DNA of 64,000 bases from Amoebidium appalachense (GCA_963693365.1 CAVNZM010000011.1:3205098-3269097), one strand, 5' to 3'. Numbered from the stretch's first letter, positions 25,169 through 43,099 are shown. A program made the numbers and translations. The notes: generated by a model not told the origin, from the letters alone.

Positions 25169-26021
25169 GGGGGGGGTCCTGTCCATGTGTGTGTGTGCGG
25201 CATGTGTATATGTGTGTGTGTGTGTGTTTTTTTTTATTTTTTTTTATCACGGTTTGTTCCCGGAGGGCCTTTTCAGGTCCTCTAGGGAAACTGCCGTCTA
25301 CCACACAGCACCGACAGTACACTAGTTAAGGTGCTATCGATGAGTTCAGCTAAGCTAAACCATCCTTCACAACCTAACTATAAGTACACACTTTGCCCCA
25401 GAGCTACTACCCCAGCCACGTGTGCACTGTGTGTGGAGGAGGGGACGAATAAGGGGGTGCAGGGGTGTCTGAGGTGCAACGGTAAGGGAAATAGCCTGCT
25501 GGTGTGAAATGCGGAACAAAAACGTAGAGGTCAGGTTTTGGGTGGGGTTGTAGGTGTATGTTCCATTTCCCTGGGTTCGGATAAAGTTTCCTTTTTCTAC
25601 TTCAGTTTTCACGGTACTACGTCCCCCCCCCCCTCTTCCCCCTTCCTCCTGTGCCTCTCTCCTCCCCCCCCCCCCCCCCCCCCCCCCCAAAAAAAAAGAG
25701 AGAAAAGGAAGAAAGAAAGAGAGAGAGAACGAAGAATAAAAGAAAAAATGAAGCAACAACAAAAAGAACCTTCTCCGCCCTTGCATATCTCTCCCCGTGC
25801 ACCCGCTGAGCTGTTTATGCCCGCCTAGTTGCGCAACAAGAACACAAGTAGATTTTCGGTTCAAGGCCTACATTGAGAGCGGAGGGGTTGGGTGGGAGGG
25901 GGGGGGGGGGGGAGGGAGGGCTGCTCGAAGCCATGGTGTCGACGGTTAGCGAGGTGGTGTTGACCAATTGATGCCACACACACACACACATGCACGCACA
26001 CACACACATACACGCACACAC

Positions 26022-28706
<2,685 letters not shown>

Positions 28707-29373
28707 CTATAAATAGCCACGTCACGTGACTGGTCAGCACCATATTAGGCAATCAACACTTAACACTGCATAGAGCCATCATGTGGGGTCTTCCTTTGGT
28801 TACTTCTGTCTGTACCTCACTTCTTTCATAATTGTCATGTGCTGCCCTTGTAGATGGTTGGCTGCCAATGGTGATCTGTTGATGAGGGTTTTTTTTTTTT
28901 TTTTTTTTTTTTTTGGGGGGGGGGGGGGGGGAGGAGGGGGGGGGGTTGGCTTGGCATCAATATTATAGTATGAGACTGTCTGCTTTATGATTATAGCTAG
29001 CCGTGGGAATATACCTCGGATCTGCATTGCAGAAATAATTAGTGGGTGAAGTAATTGATGACACCGCCTGAAATTTGGATAAGCGTTTGTGCTGATATGC
29101 TTGCTAATGTACTATTCCGAGAAATTCTTGGCTGTGTGCTCTGATAATTGTCCCAGTGTGGAATTTTATGCCTTCGGTGCTTATTATTTTCTGAGTATCT
29201 CGACATTCAAATCAGCTGCTCGCATGCTTTATAAATTAGTTTGCCAGATTTAGCATATCCAACCGTTATCAAATCATCGTTACATCTATTGGCTCTGAAG
29301 GGGACCATGAGCACTGTGGTACGATGGTTTGCAAGTTATAACTAGCGGCTCTCATGTGTACTCCCTAATGAAC

Positions 29374-29490
29374 GAATAAATGGGCATATCTAGGTATCTA
29401 TAAAACCCCCCTTAAATAAATAAATGGGCATATCTAGGTATCTACAAAACCCCCCAATTCAGCAAATTGGCATATCTAGGTCAAGGTACC
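29374..29490. repeat. Short direct repeats (AATAAATGGGCATATCTAGGTATCTA..AAAACCCCCC) x2-3 in an AT-richer island
   Basis: Copies at ~29375, 29419 and 29464 (partial). GCATATCT-like words recur out to ~30640. Confidence 0.7.
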
Positions 29491-31226
29491 TCCAATTACG
29501 TCCCCCCCCGGAACCCCTCTGATATATCAAGTTTAAACCTACCCCACAAACCCGCCAACCGTAAATGGTTAACGGGCATATCTGTTTGGGTTAATTATAA
29601 ACCTCCACAACCCCACCTCCAAATGAACAAACATATGGATCGCATCTCTAATGTTAGGTTCAGCCCCCCACCCACCCACTCACCCTCCGCATCATGTACA
29701 CCCACAAAATCCAAAAAAAAAAAAAAAAAAAAAAAAAAAACTGTGCTGCCCGAGGGAAAGAGGAGTGGGGGAGGAATAAAGGATGCAGGAGGCCGGCCGA
29801 GTGTCCATGCATGAGGCCCATACATGGGCTTTTCATAATTTTGTCACGGGATATCGATAAGCACATGGCATGGGGCTCAACGAGAACCACCAGTGCCTTG
29901 TTGCTATATGTGGTGTGTAACAGTGGCCTCAAAATCGGGCCCGGGTGCAATGGGGAAGGCCACGCGGTTATCCAATGCTCTAATCGGAGGATGTATATCT
30001 CAATTAAACGGGTCAAGGCATAACCAGTAAGCATATCTCATTTCAACACCCATTCAGCTATCTTCATGGGCACCCAATGGGAATAAGTCATCCCATGCAT
30101 TGCCTGCTATTACTAGACTCCATGGGATCGTTGCACCTTTATTGGCCAGGAATCATGCACACCTTTAACTCATACAGCCTGTTCAGGGTCAGTGCTTACA
30201 TCTTTCTTATATATCATACATTCCATATATAGTAGGTGTGGCTCATGATAATCACACATGCGCCGCTACCCGACTACCAGCCGGTCAGTATAGACCTACC
30301 AACCGTGTCTCGGGTATATCTACGCAATGTTATATCCCTATATATTTACATTCTTCACACTATGTAACCATAATATACATACACCAATAAGATTTCTCGT
30401 ATTCCTGCAGCATCTAAATATACATTTTTGGAACTGATGTACAGGCATATACAGAATTTCGCCGTATCCATTAATCCCGCATTTTATGTATCTACTAGAG
30501 TAAAGTACACCCAAATCACATTTTTAACAAGGCATATTTACATCTGTAGCGCCCCTATGTCGATGCTTAGTTTATCTACACATATCATCATTCACGTACC
30601 TCTTGCATACGTGCATTAAATACACCTAACCATTGGCCCACATGACTATATATGGGCCCCTCATGCTATATTTAGCTATGCCCTGGCCTTTCTCAGTAAC
30701 CTCTGCATTACCATTCGTCTTCTCAGCTCCTTCCCTGCAGACCCGAAAACCCCCTGTTAAATGGACTCCTAGAGGGGGGGGGGGGGGGGGGGGGGAGGGG
30801 GGGGGTGGGGGGTGGGGGGGTTTGTAGCCAGTCAATAGTGCACAGAAACTGTGGTGGTGGGGGGGAGTGATGGGGAGGTTGACAGGGGGGGGGGGGGGGG
30901 GGGGGGGAGGGGGAAGTGAGGGGTAAGGGCGATGTTGGGGAGGGCCGGGCGGGAGGGGAAGGGGGGAGGGGGGGAGAGGGGGGAAGGGGGAGGGGGGAGG
31001 GATGATGTATGCACTGATGGATGGTAACGCAAAGCAGAACTGAATACACTGGCCCTTTATTCCTTATACCTGATATTTGTATTCCCCCTTCGGACCCCTT
31101 CGCCCCAGATCCCTTCCTTTAGCCCCCACCCCAACATACAGAGTTACAGATGAACATTTCATGCCCACCATTCCAGGGAAGAAATGAAGCTGGAAGGAAT
31201 ACAGCAAAAAAACATCCCCCCCCCCC

Positions 31227-31257
<31 letters not shown>

Positions 31258-31374
31258 AAACTCTTCTTCCTGCCCCTTCCCTCCCCCTCTCCCCCCATCC
31301 CTCCCCTCCCCCCCCCCCCTCCCCTCCCCCCCCCTCCCCCCCCCCCCCCCACCGGCTCTCCCTCCTCCCTTTAG

Positions 31375-31405
<31 letters not shown>

Positions 31406-31424
31406 CCATCCTGCACGCACCCAC

Positions 31425-33124
<1,700 letters not shown>

Positions 33125-33156
33125 CTGGGGTGTGCGTGTGTGTGAGTGTGCGCGCG

Positions 33157-33221
<65 letters not shown>

Positions 33222-33433
33222 CTGTGCGCGCGCATGTGTGTGTGTGTGTGTGTGTTTGTGTGTGTGTGTGCGTGTGTGCGTGTGTGTGAGTGTGTGTGCG
33301 TGAGTGTGTGCATGTGTGCCCCTGCGCACACCCGACCATAAAATGCATGGGTGTATGCTTGCACACCTATCTGCCTGCGTTCATTAGTAGATATGCGTGG
33401 CGGCAGTGCGATTGCATGCGTATTTGTGCATTC

Positions 33434-33472
<39 letters not shown>

Positions 33473-33986
33473 CGCGCGCGCTCGCCCGCGAACACCCAGT
33501 GTGTGTGTGTGTGAACACTATGACGATATATGATACACTGGTGTTATCGAAAATGTGTGCTAGAATACCATGAGGTAGTGGCTGAGTTGCTTTGCAGGTT
33601 CATGTGTGAGCATTTACAGGATGTGGTACAACATGCACCACTCGTGTGCCATCCCCCCATCCCCTCCGTTTTCGCAATCCACCCTTTCCCCCCCTCTTTC
33701 TCTCTCTCTCCCCCCCGCCCCCACCCCTTCCCCTCCCCTTCCCTCTGCCCCTTCCCCCTCCACACATCCCCCCCTTCTCCCCCCCCCCCCCCCCCCCCCC
33801 CTCTTTGAGACTTCTATGATACACACAACACGCACACACACACACACACACGCACGCGCAGGTGCGCGCGCTCGCACACACGCACGCACCCACCCACCAC
33901 CACCACTTCCGCAATCACAACCACCACCAAGACCACCACCACCCGCTCCCCCCCCCCCGCCCCCACCTTCCCCCCCCCCTACCCAC

Positions 33987-34082
<96 letters not shown>

Positions 34083-34139
34083 CTTCGGTAATGTAATAGT
34101 CATAGTATTACACCGCCGATAAGTCCTAAACTATACCTT

Positions 34140-36180
34140 GTCAAGCATCATTCCATGAAATTGTTTTGTACTTTTTCGGCATTACTGCCGATGTAAGCAG
34201 ACACACTGGAGCTCACTTGTGTGCCGGTTGGGGCTAGCTTGAAGCCTCCCATCAACCCCATTTCACGATTTCCGGTTACCAAATACATACGAAGTTCGTA
34301 CATGGCGATGCAACATTCCCCAATCATTTTAAAATGCACCACTATTATTTTCCCTGCCATGCAACAAAATATACACAGAGACAAAGCTTCACATACCTGC
34401 CCTGACATCAGCCCCTTTCCTCACTTTCTTCACGGTCGTAAGTTTCCCACTGCCCTTGGATATGACGCCTAGGTAGTGTATTGTTGCCATCTGCTCTTCC
34501 AGCCCCGTGTTTCTCCCACAATTGTCATTGATCAAGACGGCATCGTACATACGAACATAGACCCGCCAGCAACCAGATTCTTAGAAATTGTCTTGTCTAA
34601 AACTAAGCCAAATAATAGTGTCTCTATGTAAACCACTGAAGGCTGGTGGTTTGTCTTCTCCGACTAGAGCTTCGGGGACAGTACTCCGACCCAAGTTTTT
34701 TGATAGGGACCAGCGTGCAAGTTCGAATTGTCTACGTTGCGATAAAAGTGCCTACAACCTAGAAACCTTTATGACCTCTCTATTCGATACACGTGCATAC
34801 GTGCAAAGCTTTCATCAAGAGTATTTTATTTTGCAGATACTATGCAGGCACAAGAAGTGCTACCGAAGCCCTTCAAGAAAGGTTTGTTGCAGGCTGGACA
34901 TGGGATGGTCGGACTCAGACTGTTGCCACCGCAGAATGGGTACCCGACCCGGTGACCGTAATCTGATTTGAACATAACAACCAATAGGGTTAGCCATTTG
35001 TATGATTGGCTGGGCCCGCACCAAGTCCCCAGGAGACAGTGGCACAATACATCATATATATCATAGTGATCCACAGCTGCCCAGCACGAAAGCTCAAGAA
35101 AGGAAGGGGGGTTGGGAAAGGTAAATAAACAAACAAAATTATTTTTTCCCTATTTTTCGGCCGTAAATGAATGCAGTGCGGAAGAGCTGCCTGGCACGTG
35201 CGCATGCCTGGAGGCTGGAGCAAAGAATTGTCTAAAAATAGCTTGCATTCCCAAAATATAAATATCCGGACCACAACAATGACTCCACAGTGTACACTGC
35301 TGCTAAACCGGAAACCTACTGTATATGTCATCATGCGGCTCAACATATTAGCAGAAGAAGCAAAGTCTTATTTTTTTATATAAAAAAAAATGCGCAGTTT
35401 TCTGCTTTTTTTTCTGTTTCTATCATGTTTGCTGTGGTGTGGTGCTGAGGTCGGATCGGCGGTAGGATTCAAGTCAAGGTTAAAGATTCACCAATCACCG
35501 TCGCTTTTAGAGTGTGGCAAAATGTCTGCAATAAAAGATGGGCGGGTATGGTTTGCAGCCAGCTGTTTGTAGCTTTGCTTCCCGGAAAACACAGGCTAAT
35601 TTTTTTTTACAAAATTAAATTAGATTGTTTGAGTTAATACATTGATATTTATAACAGCCTTTGTCTATCCACAAAATTCACCACTATTATGCTTGCGCAT
35701 CCCAGCGGTCTGCTCCAAAAGTTGGACCAAAACATGAAGATGATTTGCCCTCCCTCTGTGAGAAATGTCGTGGATCCAAAAGAGTTCACTGAGCCTTCAA
35801 AACAAAGAACAGCCAATAATCTCTCAGTCTCACTCCCCCTCCCCATCAAGCGTATATTTTCACCCTTTTCTTCCTCGACCGTAATCGTATGCTTCTTTAT
35901 GTATATTCAGCTCATGTTGTTTAAAGCATATATCCACCACCAAGAGCGCATATTTAGGGGCTTGATGTGAGCATCAACTCCAACCGAAGCAACAGCACAA
36001 GTTTTCCACATGGGCATAGCCAACGAGTCGTTGAAAACCTCAAGCTCTGGAAGTACTTCTATAAGACACAAGAGTATTATTACTGAGGTTTCCGCGGCAT
36101 CTGCGCAGTGCTCCTTAACGCAAATCAAATAAATATAAAGACTGTGCCTAAAATAGGTCGACTCACGGAGTCGGGTTTCA
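34140..36180 (-). pseudogene. Degenerate, intron-free coding-like island of unknown origin
   Basis: About 2 kb essentially free of microsatellites and C/G runs. Minus-strand ORFs 35907-36128 and 35649-35849 share a frame separated by one TGA. No family recognised. Confidence 0.35.
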
Positions 36181-36337
36181 TCGCATTTGTGGGAGGTTTG
36201 CAGTGAACGAGCCCCGGACCTTTTTTGTGCCGCGTACCCTGGGCAATTCCAAGGTAAGTGCTGTGCAAGAAAAGTAAGGGTTGATGGTTTTGAGATTGAA
36301 AAGCTCTCTCAGAAGCATGTGTATTAACGCATGTTCA

Positions 36338-36410
36338 TCTAACCAGCCCGCTAGGAATTTCGAGCTCATGCACTCTAACCAGCCCGCTAGGAGTATCGAG
36401 CTCATGCACA
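36338..36410. repeat. 36-bp tandem duplication
   Basis: TCTAACCAGCCCGCTAGGA..TCGAGCTCATGCAC x2. Confidence 0.9.
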
Positions 36411-36809
36411 ACCACTAGTCACGTGCTTAGTTCTGGTGATAGGGCACACTTCGGGGAGTGTCTTTAGGGTATTGTACTGTGAGGTACCATGTTCACACTC
36501 TATGACCGATGAGGGCAGCGCCAAAGTGGGATTATATAGGGCAGAGGATGTGGCATAATATGATTTTGGGCAGGTTTGTGTAATCTTGAGCTAAAAGGTC
36601 AGCTCACAAAGTGAAGGGAAACAGGGGTGGTAAAAACGACTAAACGGGGCTGAGTACGTGTTCTGCTCCTTTAAATGAGCAGCTGCTTAGGATCCATCTT
36701 CGGCTGAGTGTCTTGTGGTTCAACTTGTCATTCTCTCACACTTGCACATCCCCAGTTGCCCGTTGGTGCCTGGTAACATCGCCTTCCAGTTTTGGCCTGC
36801 AGACCCAGC

Positions 36810-37054
36810 ATGGCCACATACGAGCCCGAGGTCCTCGGCACGGCCAGTGACCCAACCACTACAACAGACAGTTGCAGCTGCCAGTGTGACGAGGAGAATG
36901 ACGGGGACTGCTGCAGCAACCACCCCCAGAACCCACCACAATGAAGGTGCGTGCTTGGACTTGAAGAGTCGGGGCTGGTTGTTCCTTGTTTTCACACCTG
37001 TGACCTCCATGCATGCTACAGACTTTTGCGTTTAGAATTACAATATTCGCCACC

Positions 37055-37110
<56 letters not shown>

Positions 37111-37819
37111 CCCCTCGAAAGCCCCCAACTCCCCACACACCCACACACCTCCCGCATCCGTTTTCCCTCGCTTTTGAGGTCGTTTACTTCCTTGCCTTGG
37201 CAGAACATGCCATCCCGCACCGCTGCCTCCTCTGTCCCTTATTTTCCCCCCTGTTGCATACTTGAATGTTTGCCTTTGCATGTGTCCTGCACCATGCTTC
37301 TCGTCGTGTATGCGTACTTCGTACCGTGTTCCGCATTCAAACCCCCCCCCCCACCCACCCCCCTTCCCACCCACCCCCCCCCCACCAACCCACCCACCAT
37401 TTTTTGTTGTTGTACTCTGGTGTCTCCTCTATATTTACAACCCCCTAACACATACATCACTCCCTCCCCCCCCCCCCTCCCCCCTCCCCCCTCCCCCCTC
37501 CCCCCCCCACGGAGGGGGGAAGGGGGGGGGGGGGGGGGGTTGTGGGGGGGCTACCCACAAACCCTTTGTAATGTGGCTCTTCTGGTCTCGTCCCCTGCCT
37601 ACCCCGCCCATGTGTGTCCCTCCCCTATGTATCCCCCTGATAATGAAGCTCCACATATGAGTCTGCACCTGTGTCCCCACTATGCACCAAATAGCAAAGA
37701 AATACACGGTGGCTCATTTGCCCTGGGATGGGAGACAGTTTTATATGTGAATACAAAGGATGGAGATGGTTTATTCCCGCTATCTACCATATATGCATAC
37801 ATGTTATTTGCCTTCTTCA

Positions 37820-37865
<46 letters not shown>

Positions 37866-38634
37866 ACACCATTCACCTTGCCTTCTTCGCCGGGGGAGGG
37901 GGGAAAGGGGGGGGGGGGGGGCGTGGGAGGAGTCCTTGATCACATAGGATGTGCATATGCATCAGCCACCACTTGAACAGCACCCCCCTCTCCCCCCCCC
38001 CCCCCCCCCCTCCCCCTCCCCCCCCCCCGAGCTTCGTGATCCACCATGTTGCTTTTTCCTTTTCACAATACCCTCTCTCCCCCTCCCCCCCCCCCCCCCC
38101 CCAACACACACACACACACACACACACCAGTCACTCACCCACCCACCCCTCCCCTGCCCCCTTGCTTTGCTGGCATACCCATGTGTATGTCACTAGTCGT
38201 GTTTCATGCTCTGACGGTGCTCGTGTTACTTTGAGGTTGCCCCCCCTCCACCTTCCCCCCCCCCCCCCCCCTGGCCAAACCCTGTATACACTCTTCTCAT
38301 CAGCAGGTCTCTAACCCACTCTGCAGAACGTTTTACGCATTTCTCCCCTCGGAGAACTTGGTCGTTGGTGCGTTTTTGTCTGACATCTAACGACTCTGCA
38401 GGGTCCCCTGAGACTACTGACACTCTAACATTCCCTCCCCTCTCTTACTTCCCCCCCCCCCCTCCCCCTTTCCCTCCTCCTTCCCCTCCCATTTTCTCTG
38501 CACACCCAACAGGTCTTAACCAGATCTGCACATCGTTAGTCACAATCTTCTCACATATATGAGAGAATGATCGTATTGGTACGATTTGTCTAATATCTGA
38601 CGATTCTGCAGCATCCCTAAGACCCCCCTCCCCC

Positions 38635-38668
<34 letters not shown>

Positions 38669-38691
38669 ACCTTCTCTCTCTCTCTCTCTCC

Positions 38692-38789
<98 letters not shown>

Positions 38790-38791
38790 TT

Positions 38792-38836
<45 letters not shown>

Positions 38837-38897
38837 GCGCCTGTTGTTTTGCTTGTCATTTGTTGTTCTGGTTGATTACCTGTAATCTTCGCTTATT

Positions 38898-38932
<35 letters not shown>

Positions 38933-40381
38933 TGTGCGGGGTTGCACATACCGGTGTCTACTTTTCTTCTTACTGTTTTTCTCTCCACACACTTCATCTG
39001 TCCACTTCTGCATACCCCCTTTCATAGCTATAGACACACTTCACACATTGCGTTACGCGCACGCATGCACACACCGCTCTGTTGGCGACAGCTCCCTTGG
39101 AACCCATGCGGCATGTTACCCGCCGGCGTAACATAACTCGGACTATCGGTTTGGCTTTTTTCAAGCCCAAAGCAATGGGTGATACCATATTTCCGGCTGA
39201 CATCCGGGGGCATAGCTTTCCGTTCGAAGACGATAAAGTTCCGCCCTAGTAAGCGTGTTACTACCCTGCGGCGTGGGTCAAATCTCATATTTTCCCCTCT
39301 GATTACGAATTCTGTGGCCTTCGGGACTTAATTCTTTTCAGCTGGTGTAGTATGTTAGCCAGGGAAGTATCGACTTAGGTATCGACGGGGGAGCTTCCTA
39401 GAAGCCCCGTCTCCTGAGTTCCTATCTATATTTTTCTTGCTTCTGCTTACTGCTGCAACTTTAACCCCCGGCCTTTCCCACTGCCCTTGCCTGCATAAGC
39501 AACCCTGCTCGTCTCTGATCAAGACGGGTGACCTACTCATGTTCAAGTGAAACAGTATCTGAGTTGGGTTTCGTTAACGAGGGGAATAGGTCGAAACTCG
39601 GGTACTGTGGATGACGTGGGCCCCCCCTGAGGATGGGCTCTGCTTATTATGCATACTCTTTATGTATGGCTTGCATTCTGCATCGTGTTATCCGTTTGTT
39701 CTTGTGTACTTCGTACTTTTTGACGCATTCAAACCCCCCCCCCCCTCCCCCTCCCGGGCCCCAAGTTCTCACCCACGGCTCTCTTTGCAGCTTCAACCAC
39801 CTAAACACCCACCATGCCCACAGCACTTGCTCACTCTCTCCGTCCCCCATCCACAGGCCCGCACGTTGCTTGGGGGCATGGTCTTCTGCCTGCCCCTTGG
39901 CCTAGCATCTCTCCTCCTCTCCTGGTGTGCCTCTAGGGCCATGCGGCAGGGCCGTACCGATGCCTCCCGCCTCTACACCCGCCATGCAAGACGATGCACC
40001 CGCTGGTCCGTGCTGGGTGGATTGGCATCGGTGGTGGCCACAGCCCTCATGACCTTGGTGCTGGCAAACGACCCATCGGCCAGGCATGGTGGATGCATGG
40101 TGGCTAATAGGGTGGTGCCTAACGGGGCACCTGTAGTGGACTACTTGGACTACTGCACAAATGACCACCGCACACTGACCTGTGTGGATGGCCGACTGCA
40201 CATGCGCTATCTCCATGCATGCAACAAATCCAACCATGTGCAGGCCGCACGAAGGGGTGTGGACAACGAAAGCACAAAGGTGGTGGGTGGGCCTGACGGA
40301 GGCTGTGTGGTGGATGGGCGGTTGTATTTGGCTAACGGGCAGGCCCTGGGAACACAGGGGGGTGCAAGGGGAGGTGGGTGA
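36810..40381 (+). CDS. CD225/dispanin (IFITM-like) membrane protein with a Cys-containing C-terminal extension
   Basis: Exon 39857-40381 reads VFCLPLGLASLLLSWCASRAMRQGRTDASRLYTRHARRCTRWSVLGGLASVVATALMTLVL, fitting the CD225 pattern. Likely first exon 36810-36946 (AAG|GTGCGT donor) needs a 1-nt correction, or the protein starts at ATG 36941. Confidence 0.75.
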
Positions 40382-40580
40382 TGCAGGTGTGCAGGGAGGG
40401 GGTGCTGGTGGCGGTGGAGGGTAGGCCCTGTGCACAGGAGTAGACCTATAATAATAGTAATAACTTGGTTATATGTGTAAATGTGTGTGCTAAGGTGGGT
40501 TGGTGCACTAGCTTGGAAGGGGGATGTGTGAATGCTGCTTGTGGTAGCAGATTGGGGGTTTTATCGGTGTTGGTTGTTGG

Positions 40581-40620
<40 letters not shown>

Positions 40621-40938
40621 CTAGGGATATGTGCGTGTGTGTGTGTACGTGCTTGGGGAGGTAGGCGAAGGAGGATAAAGAATATTGGGTAAATAATGAA
40701 CCCCGACATGGGCTTAATTCGGTCTGCATTTAGTCTATGTATATACTTATATAGCATTTAATTATTAGATGTTAAGAACATGGCATGAAGAAGAGGTTGT
40801 GTCGCTGGAGTGCGAGATGCAGGGTTCTATTCGTTCACTAACATCTACAGCTCTAGCTCTGCTAACAACAAGCCTGTTAGTTTAGCGATAGCAATCTAAC
40901 CGTTTGAAAAGTATGCGCGAAAACAGTTGTTATTAATG

Positions 40939-41074
40939 ATTTTAAATCACAATTAAAATAAATGTGCACTGCCAGGTGCCGAAGTTTAAGTAAGGCTGTG
41001 TTTTGCAGCAACACGGTGTGGCTACAAAGGAGAGATTTTTCTTTTTTTTCTTTTTTTTTTTTGGAAAAGAGAGG

Positions 41075-41105
<31 letters not shown>

Positions 41106-41383
41106 TGTTAGGGGACGGGAGGAGACTACCCCGGTGACCCCACAATATATTTGATGCATGTAGCGTTAATCCATTTTAATCACAATTAAAATAAATGTGC
41201 ACTGCCAGGTGCCGAAGTTTAAGTAAGGCTGTGTTTTGCAGCAACACGGTGTGGCTACAAAGGAGAGATTTTTTTTTTTTTTTTTTTTTTTTTTTGGAAA
41301 AGAGAGGGGGGGGGGGGGGGGGGGGGGGGTGTTAGGGGACGGGAGGAGACTACCCCGGTGACCCCACAATATATTTGATGCAT
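40939..41383. repeat. ~230-bp tandem duplication
   Basis: Two near-identical copies (ATCACAATTAAAATAAATGTGCACTGCCAGG...TTTGATGCATG) differing mainly within their T and G runs. Confidence 0.95.
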
Positions 41384-42722
41384 GCAACGGTTGATCGGAT
41401 AGTGAAATGAGAGTATTGGCCTGCACGGATCTACATACATACTCGACGCCCAAACTAAACGGTGAATTATAGCCTATTTCTTATCACCTGAAGACGTCAG
41501 GCTACACCGTATATATTGCATTCCATCCCCCATCCCCCCCCCCCCTCCGCCCGGGGGGCCGCCAATAGATGATTGCCCCTGGCCATGGGGCCTGTCACAG
41601 TGAGGCTTCACTGAGTATACGTGTTGCAATCGCCCACAAGTTCTCTGACCATGATACAGTGACCAAACCCCCCCCCCTCTCCCCCTCCTTCCCCTCCCCT
41701 TCCTCCTAAATTCCCTTCCCCGAGGGGGCCTCCCGGAGCTCCGGTCATGAGCTGATCACTGATGGTTTAATATGCACGGCATACATGTGGGCTACTGCAG
41801 CTGCAAAAAATTACCACTCATCATGACTGTGCTCCGAAATTCTAATATGCTGCAGGCATCAATACTGTCCAGATCTGCAGAGCCATAATTAACACGGCTC
41901 GGCTTGAAACCACAGCTCCCCCCCCCCCCCCCCCCTCCCCCCCCCCCCCCCCCCCCTTCCCCGGTCCACCCACCTAACCACCTCACCCCTTCTCACACAC
42001 ACACACACGCACACAGTGCCTTATTCACGCACAGCAAACAGATAGCCATAGAAGCCCACATCATCATCGCACAATGATCACGAGACAGTGTACATGTGAG
42101 GGGCCAAACAGCTTCCCCACGTGCACAGACGCATAGTCTTGTAATGATACAGTGCCACACACAGTGTTGCTGGCACGTCTATATGGAGGCAAACACACAT
42201 GTGCACATACAAAGTTTGTGATACGGACACACTCACTGGCTGTATCGATATCAAGACGTGCAGTAACAAGTCATGATCCCGGTGGGCCAAACACACTTTG
42301 TACAATTTTTTCCCTCTGTGCAATTGCTGGTGCCCCCCCCCCCCCCCCCCCTCCCCCCCTCCCCCCCCCCTTCCCCCCCCCCCCCCCCCCTTTTTCCGTG
42401 CCCTCCGCGGCAGCCAGTCGTACGCTTGTGAGCCTCTAGACCCCTGCTCCGAATCCCACAAAGACCTCCTTCCCCCGCTCTCCCCCCCCCCCCCTTCCTC
42501 CCCACATGCCCGGTGACCTCCAAATCCCCTCTCCCCCTTCCCCCCCCTCCCCCCCTCCCCCCTCCTAACCCTAACCCTTCCCCCCCTCCCCCCCCGGCCT
42601 GCCTGCCCGCCTGCCCCCCCCCCCCCCCCTCCCTCCCCACCCTTCCTCCCTCCGCACATACACGTGGCACTGCGCACGTGGGCCTGCCAATAACTGGCAC
42701 ACGTGCACACACACACACACAT

Positions 42723-43099
42723 AGATATTGTTATTACACACAGAGAGAGATATTGTTATTACACACAGAGAGAGAGATATTGTTATTACACACACACAGA
42801 GAGATTGTTATTACACACAGAGAGAGATATTGTTACTATACACACAAAGAGATAATGTTATTACACACAGAGAGAGATATTGTTATTACACACACAGAGA
42901 GATATTGTTATTACACACAGAGAGAGATATTGTTATTACACACGAACAGAGATATTGTTATTACACACACACAGAGATATTGTTATTACACACACAGAGA
43001 TATTGTTAATTCACACACACACAGGGATATTGTTATTACACACACAGAGAGAGATATTGTTATTACACACACAGAGATACTGTTATTACACACACACAC
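42723..43099. repeat. Minisatellite GAGATATTGTTATTACACACA(CA), about 15-16 copies of 22-27 bp
   Basis: Seen directly. Unit length varies through internal CA/GA dinucleotide number. Confidence 0.95.

Noticed and set aside
24795-25336. Possible MITE with GCACC(C/T)TAA terminal inverted repeats
   Set aside because: The match is only ~9 nt with a mismatch and no clear TSD.
38290-38320. CTGATGAG on the minus strand as a hammerhead core
   Set aside because: No stem II or GAAA follows it.
42566-42578. CTAACCCTAACCC telomere-like motif
   Set aside because: Only two units inside a C-rich tract, so it is compatible with chance.
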